Positions 21,901-25,900 of a stretch of 64,000 bases of DNA are shown here, in pieces. Where the stretch lies: NCBI GenBank assembly GCA_965644315.1, contig CBFFRQ010000031.1:434001-498000 (forward strand). Reading direction: 5' to 3'. Made by a program: the position numbers and the translations under genes. The stretch's first letter is position 1, and every line of letters begins with the position of its first letter. The notes below the pieces were generated by a model that was not told the DNA's origin, made no database searches, and saw nothing but the letters and a program-made list of their open reading frames with translations. This DNA is from Caecitellus pseudoparvulus. Taxonomy: Eukaryota > Protista > Bigyra: Bicosoecida.

Positions 21901-22499
21901 TCTGCGTCTTGCGGCAGCGCATGTTGCAGTGCAGATAGCATACCTCGCTTCATGGACATGATCTGTGCACGAAGATGGAGCGGCCAAGTTTGGCGGGCTG
22001 CAGACTGGGGGCTTTGCAGTTCACGTACTTCTTCGGGAGTGACGGAGGCGTGTGGCCACACAACCTTGCCGATGGTTCCGTTGGCGTGCCACTGGAAGTA
22101 CACAGGCTGAGCCATGTCTTCTCGTGGCCAGTCATCAGCATTTTGCAGCTCTTGGTGAAGCGCAACGCCGGTGGCAGCGTCCACCGGGGCAAAGGACTGC
22201 ACCAGCAGAGCCCACCACTCGGCCTGTTGCGCCGGTAGTTGAAACGCTGCCGGGGCATGCTGTGATGCAGTGCGCTCGAGGTTGAGTACGGAGACGACAC
22301 CACGAAAAGCTTGTGTGTGCAAGACAGCCTCATCTCCAGCCAAACGCTGATGTGCCAGGGACACATCGAGAGAGTACTGAGCTGCATACAACGCGCTTCC
22401 GATGGAGTGGACGTGGCTCGTGGGTGAATGTTCTGCACTCGCGCAGTGGACAAAAGCGGCGCCCCAAGCACAAGCAAGAAGCAACAGTAGAGGACCCAT
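1..22499 (-). CDS. Giant secreted protein A (>=7,499 aa, 3'-partial, no intron needed): signal peptide + vitellogenin/MTP-like LLT module + amphipathic helical region + beta-propeller + tandem FN3/Ig-like repeats
   Basis: ATG at 22499 lies downstream of an in-frame TGA at 22539-22541. Manual translation begins MGPLLLLLACAWGAAFVHCASAEH (signal peptide). The ORF track lists no minus-strand ORF in this frame between 1 and 22499, so the frame has no stop. The many plus-strand ORFs starting at 3n+1 are its antisense shadows. LLT motifs: PVYFQWHANGTIGKVVWP (22053-22106), MSMKRGMLSALQ (21924-21959), ALGNAG (19782-19799), AAVYSLRR (19695-19718). Confidence 0.9.
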   Translation of the reverse strand, partial: MGPLLLLLACAWGAAFVHCASAEHSPTSHVHSIGSALYAAQYSLDVSLAHQRLAGDEAVLHTQAFRGVVSVLNLERTASQHAPAAFQLPAQQAEWWALLVQSFAPVDAATGVALHQELQNADDWPREDMAQPVYFQWHANGTIGKVVWPHASVTPEEVRELQSPQSAARQTWPLHLRAQIMSMKRGMLSALQHALPQDAEGVHTPARLLNQGAPGEVKFNVRQADGNGHMDMRASASVVSCATEQCVSLFAVHEAAITQSAQPSARHLASKLVREHKLTEEGSVAAFTMQHSVSLPPAQHAPPHAPRHGRHLAEPTPEQELAHENTAFSTRGSLVGTLLAKDAHVIDELEELDLWHEGVIDGLLSVLASVPSDAEAGKDVSVRGRHLVAASLAPEVETAPNDAHVASNHGRGMKEVVGMSETGQADIHRAVPAAASAQQAMEDRRAAATQHIQPHRRALRGLSARCAASDSSACELHVPTSEHSELRSACARLSALMACRQENSTNTACVVGLHNMLRLRDVNGMFLEAAAGTVLTPYVQLAAAMQPGDVVFSDTVHESLSWWGSHPSCGLAAQVHGPLQSATHVRQHRTGAQALHDLDALGSTITRAAMISALPLSPLPAAVDAITTLISASTAAAAALEAETSLEPLSPLHCVGWDEQAMEDLWDIALPAHCSHVHSTLADIELATDAADALLSLHQLAPSRITAEVLYSVQQAAAMHPSPEVAMQASATLGTLLAVLPAEQSPALAAAADAAIESLLLDWQGAWREHHLVHQPRVDAAFHAGAELLSEQTTERRLQWRAAVRQVGAEEAGAEAKVGHAAMEHVWESSAAFTMGMVLQGKALDGQVHPTMEKHVRRQLALAAAAAPPSPPSGRRLLSSRFSADDSDTPAFHTLAATVMALGNAGGLRVLPALLLSTTHPSVAAAEAAVYSLRRYEDVAWADLGVDLSKESLQARCHHMATPGADNTEMQRAVWEGVQHAQHMSAEHALCLALMTAHREHDRTSADGGVPWALGVEEELFCAFSGHCAMTADPAEFVLLTALASSGTALSIRKSALDALKGFEQVHFTTKHTLQGILSDVAGLTEAQPLSCAARCVKDMCPHPRLKRCRQECFAACGTTAQVRGAAARWWLDRLPHEVVSEAEAMTAAMSRGLRSVVLSGNGTGGIESAGVASGNAQVPWVARRRLITATLIDIQLGKSNQWSKKFGGSKIGAGGFVDLTNMVLLRIGLFGGLFDLNINNEFRLGAWAFGFEFDVVHARLALRAGFSYKSLIPLDLIRQFNKIVGDNIARGLYYVSGILDVTLGPLSFSIRDIMQVYDDYVVPLSDALSDREELIDTVFGMFDVSELAAGAAERLMSSLQAMPKVRKVLGTITNVTTAVDDFLNGDRDLALRISQNFTDRVRPKIMRLVNVTRQGVAFANKMVDWVDNTLSKVEPIAEKVTTMASSILDTLQTLRNMQHMEHPFAAMANATRKLFHDLSPLFSSQDLTGDAASFFSELLNIPPEVLALGSSGVAGLEVNGSSGPLGALASAGLDLLGGGGVGGGRRLQALPPPLADGSDSLFPALSPAAQAAVEEALREAANSAAARLEGRVQAIAPIANAGIARVGSILPLIRAQLVNLQRLAREVADSAPLMSPKFDKVIAAAELGNAWPRLVAAVNGLGPKLDLLVANSRVFNLLVQAKSRLSKFMSLLNIIPPKLLTKLSEGNLTRWIDDKIQWVFDKIDVVEAKVQEFIMPATDAIQRGVAIVDKVADTVDTLLQGDAIVDFVIGFVEEQVLGRIKQALDDRGLLDLHKRFLSKVRDLAESGISAFNSTATGLVMKGKEALDSFAAAVVEKVMSAVAKLRNSKLIGVLTDVRARMDGILNGLESAATVVGVLDGIISRLEEGADRSKVGNVVGTAKKVLDGVLDGVDILDTILGAISNHTATAALAETIVGHVQAATSLAPAFVHDIAGQLSDKVDHYLSMAEALDPFELLSDALMTRLRSLIAPAVKSALAPLQEPLGKAINVTRKVVDQATAVLEVAQSGQILRSLFGDVFETVDKVRGLLRPIERVVAEGQAMIGVLPRALSIMKSFVEGIPEVHSLGELLPGLLANYTHAVCADAAAPSCHRAALHSQLGRLADGLDPVIQAVDTATYLQGRLANFMPHLDSVMSGLDELIGPALDQVLRVVGKVAGFLLDPSAPHGRALSAVPLHSTEGQALVVVSTHGRNLGSLELGPILANVTLERVLEFVIEIGETVTKVTGEARSIVTGVRGVLVDQVVPKVDQVEEFVMKFDGQISISASLFEAVGLGDFLAKAQDMSGKVQQVVQYLSAAQDLSAPFQLLEEKAIAALKKTATREGSFLDRFFDFIEKHAPTVQSLVAGLGRVFDIIRAVVAKVQEVIGISDNTKALPAPEDTPACGTAAPGEGCVRQEPRSGWVYRDILFPTRYTMLWDATSAALVQTGSKTMKWTLSGLYEDYTPTATAAYEHCPSGPFSCETNVYPLSLLRPNKLQASSHGNLVLLVVHKQESNEVHKIYTLADEHGVAVNGSTMRAGGLSIAEDFIFITSEAPEGDELSDAERCGELWAFPLSQLTSTLNAAGVGTLEVGSDSMATSILGAQAYRWRVDSRASWLAYNRTELGGGTLYVGEDVARPGDGVVTLAAPSHHPGAPPSGQKGGTGLLRSTAVGLDLLFSGLPDDSTMYSVDGVDVLRGAHTIALPPHTTGMAFYDMIGFNYIALATSTLRSGVESNIAVVHDVDVSRTDLPSAAGEDFGAMPAVLADLGKEEHHPVLVVLRAPQGLRSLFYDGERYMYTLWTSASQEFLPRVREAQADVEDRLMRVRPPVAETIPASITENTIFFKWLGSYVYGPKCIVNIGPDCNSGTAGDTEDPSKDSRTPPGDRRLRHMTPASRALASSRHAASTAYHDAHAVAAQGTASSAPVPGLLSADLTKVHRSTHGAVGTKWVRPLNSARLGLQGPATAPLAGIKSARHLASSGRVVRSGRSLADVEYLPDGYVDLASCLTGAGVIWSETYQLFSVTKTIIIVVVPVTFEAYGSISLQLGYEFALCPADKTVVGALIPSAWATVGATAAVNVFLVKGGVGVEAILLRTAFVPAAILTLRDSGDLAVTFDVDLVVDPLDIRFFVFYQFRGCIKLVDQCAKVGFVKVCIKIPWLTFCDRKEVVLFRWAMDRLRFDVLTLRFEPPDKTPPIPSTRCDLRQVDEANLLITWDAAEDPETGVADYLACLGTAPGSESLADCVSMGESKSLSLPMPAGADGKAAVATCYAVNGVNLRAARPSDPVTLTLKAPSVTSMALQTGTTTMPAGAHLSSRRLLSIAGRRLQGGDPSYVWVSDVRSLTVQLLVQEFTPGAEVRNVTLALTSSPAAAASFNAGNGFTLTGVAATAPLLEDLATHWDRLDLPDALSAKSPDTVSHTFIDISTGAPAQLLFPDTDYFVLISSANSRGVRNIVRSIAVRLDLTPAVPAVPEPFVGPGPDGQTRYYRYTNTFEMAWSDWTDPESGIAWYEWRFKDVSTGVWQSDWAKVDSTTTSVSLTGLHLINKHAYRGYLRITNGAGLAKTVPTDFDVQVDRDAPTCGGGAFDEHPAGLTATLADGPIGATQEGAGASLDIDAAFYLPSLAGTFKCADDISGVALYRAGAGRIRGTDDVAGFTDVVPDPLPVRNDAWRPATAWPPSVDPISVWVQTGALSPQHGSKYFLAAEVTDLAGWINRAASDGVIYDETQPQYYHPRLVDLPVSTASDYEIAASNMALADTPAEAFSLYAANPTHLDLKYIGLAGSLEEAFGLASPAGGAGSPGTPKTASWGVTWYAAFSDPQSFIADHVSVCVGSAAAAARVPALYTEVQKGWFEDAAGELNRTAALLRMMPKFDWCDVLPPRLVRFRAYSAMLRDIPLMPGDTYTTYVTAWNGAGLFVTAPTSGVVLDDTPPVPDSAALSAALPGTAKMPAGASVISTAPQAVTYPEHGGDITATQYTTFAALTFASTDLESGMSQAFLGLYRREDESAADSPVCDGPQPPAGYELLGNWVRVDLPSADVLPGEDLPVTSVTALTMSITGSLLGSSPLSHGQRYVWAVKPISGAGNIARAPQCSAGFTVDTTAPVVTSITDGPGADDVDLLSLAEDDFHVIQVRFTVSDLETDVQQLFVGVSDTPGGNALTGGWEQVAIANVFHTQLAAEVALGALAGPGVVGYFVQPAPVRKTGLAWVGADPVVAAGSSGATLHLYIRLPNPVAGGRPWFTSVKAVNEAGGAGIATSDGFAVDALRPATGFVTLAGVAQHGVWLPELTKLEVAWSGFTDMKPVQPAEHQSAVNRPGSAPVFRSLSPLELYAVCLSSAPNATCDISPTSVITPSGLTLPKGASRSAEGNLLSPDEAASLGAGVVSVSPGLPLAQTIALPDGPTAFKGVPDGTLMYAVVRAQDQAGQQSLPGLSVPVGLDTSPPVVGSAVDGPTPAEDRAFIWTTDVAHIAWWGFSDPHSGMADYGISLDTREGQNLAPYRSVGVPPVRLAPEPVGVDPAPGAAPGMPYHVASIRGLTLEHGDSFVATVNGVNKAGLMSAALTDGIEVDTTPPSCLVEAQIPPYAASSGGPASPSAPLTPSDIAVSAASWAASHNDTLPVAWVCSDDESGMRAVWYAVGTTPGGDDVVAWAFVGPSGEGQHLPSDARFLPSPGAYYYVTLAAQNGAGRLVYTDPVEVSFDFSPPTVTVLGAALEGSAMLVHAAHPDNFTAVSSPHALGTLTELAIPVRWALRDEGTGIAGAWLGVSTNALPPVAEDGTGGSDWFPDASTDGWTPLPAATEGAGTTTLNVSVVTAGPASPTALDGTRLYIMLVAVSGSGVPVYTSPAVPLHLDSTPPVCTHVGDGAIPGVDLDATSITTMAVVNAQCSDVHSGVSAVRYTVLGLPTASNPTPSQAIDAVVAGLAADDGSVFVNIAPSLDTMEAAFASGVPSPALPQAKPVLASVTALEPASTFFGLVSVVNSAGLVSTWYASDGLVLDTTPPVITISSTPELYVQPGDAVSVEWDVSDSQSDLLTCNATALNVLGEVVAVATWTAPAATSAASPDASLAIPADMPDASLSVEIWCLNEAGLGQTAVAGVVTVDSSLPSLQQAMPVAVLAPEDYSGQAGYLSDQQVTGAALSISLASLADPQSRISSVRFRAGGPGVIAGAGVWFTLSSGAPLGTAGSPVTLTTPATLELANGSFVHMEVEATNGAGIALAWTSPSVLVKLGGLTPGAVFAVCDGYASVSSPWDAGLEGDEVIGSVAMEAAALLQAPCAIQRSGDGVWGAWGGFSDPVGGAAGIQYELGVAAVPSLTAPLPDDLLKSPNVVPFVPLGTEVSGGALAQGVNLKPGSFAAYVLVVRASSLGAAVYVPSQLFTVDSAAPTVFAVIPHASSSSADVPAAAASAAPFLADAEVRLPGSGLATEQLPPVRGITSSDSPAVTWAVQDLDSRVETVFMAWGTAPFSDTIMPFTDVASLSSEDAPLIGPVQAGGAAMAELWTWHASMARSVDLTKAKLLVAPGYYKEDQVPALHGALRDGMDQLTNLDSFFSEGDVLYATIIAQDASGLLSSKVSTHALVLDESQAVAGWARTIVHPGRAGDLAVSSLHADTSATPSDPGVLLPHPEATVVHAVSNGTGEALGMTWGDFSDEESGIWYYEWAVGSTPDADDVLPWQAVPSSIRSVVESSPGQAVQAAVDLGLEQVFVTLRATSGLGMQPVVVVSPPVDILRTHISPSPGFVGVVGGLDLWSSQSREDNAAGAPVQRLGGVKVRMVNPAGAVTIGWQGIFDPASAPPSTVRVCLVTATALRGALGNEASASASLAELASAAARSKLWTGPAAPLPPCDGSSVELLAAPVSSGRVFVKDVAAGIVGHPLFAVVVGEDAAGWRAAAVAKDVVTIAPPSGDVSVLPGQVKVVTHATAAALTAAGPLGSEAGLRRMIAAKPATATSEARLSVAWYGFRVSSESAGGESSLLKSIAGFTWSLCRLNDLRARPVTLAGRGVYNYRPDIADASLAADCPIVGRKVSADAGAFVPGAALIDFVIPTSIAPGQYVAHVTGWAATGAAAAAVSAPVLIDGSHPTVGMVSDTHSISQATMGDANGHVLGAPSASQARALAAAQAALGAHAPTESDTGRVSWVALPPTLPAGSTFAATWVGFDDADSQPLGSDPAYVELRWCLTTLPVNAGAATVRASGDPGSALRQSAATLAEDVACNIRDWETVPNGLRRVSAPVTSGQWTSMRTAAAAEPGVKLVTAVEACNAAGTCAVGLSDGVRLDATAPTSAGLELLTVSGAAAHAWRGALPPSLAGKVEEPVFSPSVDSVGIFLPGVADPESGLSSASAVLVVTLPGAPSSIVASDVRPLHELLTAGAGAASGGAELYLGGDLRSQGVPDGALVHVVVSVHNGAGAELRLVSRPIVVAGAGPRLTSPAPGLANNKSAVWLQGPSGRLTALPANVADSVSVAWDASKLDFPHAPLASMAVRLCEGDEVACSSPWSSLYSAHDPTAPQPPLHANVSLPVIHRTGANFSVPVFVRAQLRTTDAAGGALVLTSSMVVLDSTPPSPATGVCVGCNNALTPQGSEDVSGSGIGEGLATRVVGTAVQFGSPVQIAFSPCVDAEVPVQTYETCVYAKSATECGAGAWAPLTLGSSSSQHHTLQLARPAAFVGTEGAVHVLLRCTNSVGLSATSNAATVIVDGQAPRPARGRLVSDVAALVTALNTEREVGVVANRRRVLSRRSQRSLQSHTVSLRAWSGGVEGHDLVSPDVNATFSVTWMDSQEPSPHAHPAGVCKVELFVFYATHFKQDASAAWLYAESDTDAAAAFDQAFSDPVAQLAAVPTSAEGNAYAPADTVTVSVTMTQGSLGSVWLRTTACNGLSAWSRVGTLTVDTTPPQLQLPRFVALAASTVASARSELQVVAAAGFRSDTAAIEGQRVAAYVPLAVEPDSYIVGYQYTVALDASRGSALQPWVDLPSSAILDNDGVLVIEGVSATGMVAGQRYAVGVRAINAAGAVAEAWSAGLFIEPRQVPVSVAVDVLPPADLVRRTPGPSNSLVFKPDLNFLQAADVESRAGFHEDAEAVYATTSIGVDASTALPWHMHLRDVQWCLSSRDGMCDVMAWKPFVPGRRTAVALPADLTVAALPCVEKDASNTMLSSLGVVTSVDLCPQEADVEACSTPTRLRALIRATTEAGQDLQTSSSGFTFIRAPPQPHTAAAIIPTPWHPQLPSADSGPSSAPQIDLCTHVGGVVTQSDASKLTLTGTWMSEVPVFAVGWSVGSSPGGYDIASATQRSVVALVESGEGVLGTTSRATTLSLAIEINDLSLVHDSLVWTTVVVADVTGARHTSYLPLRVASSAPAVSQVTERTVKVRPIWPNPAYANDENSTNTGAFITSTAGSTAVDLDDAVRPGAAANAATSAGVRLASAAGRVFATPFSGESDAFDGFVATEADYVALAPGQQVQVCWQADARSSVYWGILHLGQDPMAASVVAAASAATADGMAGVAS

Positions 22500-22745
22500 G
22501 AATCTTCCTTCCTGCTTCGTTGATGAACGTTCCAAGATTCAAGTCCTTTCGGCCGGGAGAGATTGCGCCGGTGGCACTGCAGGCTATGCTGACGGGCAAG
22601 GGACTGTCCTGAGCCAGACCAGAGGAGGACGCTGAGCGCAGGCACAACCCCAAGTAGGGGAATGCAAGTCTGATTGCATTCGTTTTGTTCATCACCGCGA
22701 TCTGGTGCTTTGTGCCTGCTTCGACAAGTCTCGAGAGTCAACGAT

Positions 22746-22756
22746 CAATTTCCGCA
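22746..22756 (+). promoter_or_regulatory. CAATTTCCGCA candidate promoter element upstream of gene A
   Basis: Exact copy of the recurrent 11-mer, about 250 nt upstream of the gene A ATG, in the opposite orientation. Confidence 0.4.
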
Positions 22757-22913
22757 AAACGCGCGCCATGATGTCAACGACAAGCAACTGCCAGCCATGA
22801 ATGCATTAAAAGGAAAGGAGGCAGATTCCAGAACCTGATGTTAAGTTAAGCCGAAAGCGGTGGAGAGGCGAGGGGCATGGGGAGGGCAAGAAGTTCACCT
22901 ACAGCCTGCTGTC

Positions 22914-25900
22914 TTATTCAGCTGGCTGCGTGTGCAAAATGGCAGGGCAGTGCGGCACGGTGAGCACTGGGTCTGCTGCTGCCCGAGCCGCATTGAAAGG
23001 TCTGGCGTCTTGCTGCGCGCCAACAAGGCGGACAGGCGGCGCCTGCGAGGCGGGCAGTGCCGCCCCAGTGCAGTCTACGCCCTGGACGGTGGCATAAAGT
23101 TGCTGGGAGACAAGAGGCGTTGCCGACAGTTCTTGAGAAGAAGCGGTGGCGGCCTCTGCCGCAGCAGTGGCAGCAGCATCCACGCCTCCAGACACTCCAT
23201 GGACAGCCAGGTTAGCCAACGTGCCCACTGCTGTGGGTGGCAAGACGTCTGACGCTCCTGGTGCTGTGCCCACTTGGACAGTGTACATGATCGGGCAGGT
23301 CGGCGGCGGCGCGGGCTGGGCTTCCCAGGCCAGCAGCAGGGTGCCACGCAGGGCCAGCGTGAATCCGGTGCCACTGCCGCCCACCCGCTCCACGTTTGCC
23401 CATACGCACGGGGCCGCAGGCGCCTTCATGGCGCTGCCTGCTTGTGGGATGGTGCCGGCCAGCAAGGAGGCAGCAGCTGCTTGCGCTGGCGAAACCGGCA
23501 TCACCTGGCCTGCCAAGATGCTGGCCACTTGTTCCCGAGGTGTGTCTCGGCTGGCAAGCTGAGCATGCACAACAGGCACGTCCGTGTGGTACATGGCTGA
23601 GAGGGGCAGACGCAGCCTGGCAGGTGGGGGCATGGCTGCCCCAGCGACGAAAAGGCCCATGCTGTCCCCCTGTGCGGTTAAGAAGGCTGGGGCACGCCCA
23701 GCCCGAGCACCCACACTGCGGGCCTTGACGGTCGCTGAGTAGCTCTGCACCAGCAACGTCTCGCTCCCAGCTGGAACAGTGGTCACGACCTCCCCAGTTG
23801 CCAGCCCAAGCGCCAGTACAAGGCTGTACGAAGATGTGGGCGTGGGGGTCGCGAGATTCGTGGCTGATCCATCTGAAGCAATGTCGATGGCACCTGAGGC
23901 TGCGCATTGCATCCAGACACCGGAGCTCGTCACAGTGGCGTTGGGCAGCCGCCCTTGGCAGCGCTCGGCCGGCGCGGCGCTGGCGCTGGCCCACCAAGGC
24001 AGTGGGGCACCAGAGCTTGTGAGGCGGGAGGTCGCCTCCGAATTCACCGTGGCCCACTGGGCAGGTGCCCACGCAGCTGGTCCACCTGCACCTCCGCCCA
24101 CCAGGAGGCAAGCTACGGACACAACGCTGACCGGCCCAGCGGCCTGGTGCAGCGCTGCAGCCCGTGGCACGCGCAATAGGAAGGATGTCGATGCAGCAGG
24201 CTTAATGCTGCTGGCTGCAGTCAGTGCAGCCACGGCAGCACGGGGCTGTGCGGCCACGACCCGCGCTGCCATTGCGGCCAGCAAGCCCGAAGCGGGCACA
24301 GCGCCTACGAAGGCGGCTTCCAGAGCTTCCTGGTGGGCATTGTGCTGACGCACACCTTCGTGAAGCGCCCTGCAGCTTTGAGGGCTGGAAGGGGAGAATG
24401 GCGCAGGAAGACCGGAGGCTGTGGCGGCCGAGAGGGGAGCCGCCCACGCTGCAACGTCGGTGCGAGCGGCGGGTGTGAGAAGCACTTGCCGAGTGCTGCA
24501 AGAAAGGGCAGTGGAACCGCTGGCAAGGTGCGTCCACGCCATGCACACGAAGTATGGCACACCCACGCTGGGCGCCGGCGCGAAGCCAGAGACTGGAACG
24601 TGGTGCACGGCGGCTCCGCCAGACAGTGCGCTCTGCACACCGCTGGTAATGTTCAAGACGCCTGTGCCTAGGGCAGCAGCAGCATCCCCTGCTGTTGGGG
24701 TCAACCATAGAGAGCTTTCGAATGCTGCCGGTGTGCTCAGGCTGTTCTCGAAAGATGGGTCAACTGTAACACTTGTCACTGGCAAATTGGCCATGCCAGA
24801 GCGGGGAGACTGCTGCAGGGGCAGCTTTGTCAGCGCAGCGGTCCAAAGTTCCACTTGCTCCCCGTCCAGGGCAAAGTTGGCTGGGCCCACACATACCCCA
24901 AGGGATGACAAGGCACTGTGCGGCAGCCAAACAGGCAGCTGAGATGCAGCGGCTGCCAGCGCGCTTGGATCGCTTGCAGCCAGGCCCGCACAGGTGGCCT
25001 GAGTGGGAGACACCTCTTGAGAAGCCTGGGGGAGCAGGGGAACGGAGGAGACAGGCAAAGGCGCCTGGGAAGTCGACACGCTGCCTTGAAGCAACGGCAG
25101 AGGGGGCGTGTAGGCAAGAGAAGAGTGCCCCGCCGCGTCCTGCACTTCGATGCCGAAACGAAGCGCGATGTGCACGTCCTCAGGCAACAGGCCAAGCGCC
25201 AGACCTGACTGCTCAGCCATGACCCGCAGGGCAGAGTCACGAGTGCGCTGCACCAACGAATCCAAAAGAGCTGGTGCTACCTCGAATGCCAGCTGGGTCG
25301 TGCCTGCAAGAGCCGGTGGCGTGTGGCTCTGCGCAGGGTGGGTCCACCTGCCGGCGGAGGCACTGACTCCTCCGTGGGACACGCTGGGAGTGTCCACCAA
25401 GTCGAAAACGCCAAGGGCATGGTCAGGTCCCAGGGTTGAAGGATCACAGGTGCACTGCGTCGGCCACACCCAACGAGGGGATGAGGTGGCCACACTGCGG
25501 CCGCCATCCCGCTCGGCTCGCACAAGGGCATCAGCACACACGCACGCGCTGGCTGAAGCGAGCCAGGATGCCGCATCGGCCACGGCCACCGACACTGCAG
25601 CACGGCCGCCGGCTAGCAGGCCGGCTGCACCTCCTGCAATCTGTACACCTGCAGCGAGCTCTGCAGTGCCAATCTCTGGCGCAACTGTGTCCACCACCCC
25701 GGCTTGACCCACCTGCGTGGCAGTATTTCCAGCACAATCAAAGGCTTTCATGGTGACGGACAAGCGAGTGCCCTGCGGAAGCGCATCGAACAGCGTCTTG
25801 GATGCGGCCTGCGCCCACAGTGCCGCGACACCAGCAGTTCCATTCACAGTTCCAAGACCGTCTGCTCGTCTGCCAGCTCCCAAGACAGCCTTCAGCGAGG

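Noticed and set aside
2-21938. Dozens of plus-strand ORFs, including 16621-18540 (639 aa), 786-1799 and 11418-12404
   Set aside because: Antisense shadows of gene A. Most share one register (start 3n+1), the same offset that shadow ORFs show over gene B, and none has recognisable motifs.
21950-22741. 263-aa minus-strand track ORF with a hydrophobic stretch
   Set aside because: Alternative frame overlapping the 5' end of gene A, whose frame carries the LLT motifs.
22500-22913. Possibility that genes B and A are one even larger gene (same strand and frame)
   Set aside because: In-frame stops at 22914-22916 and 22539-22541, a separate signal peptide on A, and candidate 3' and promoter motifs in the gap.
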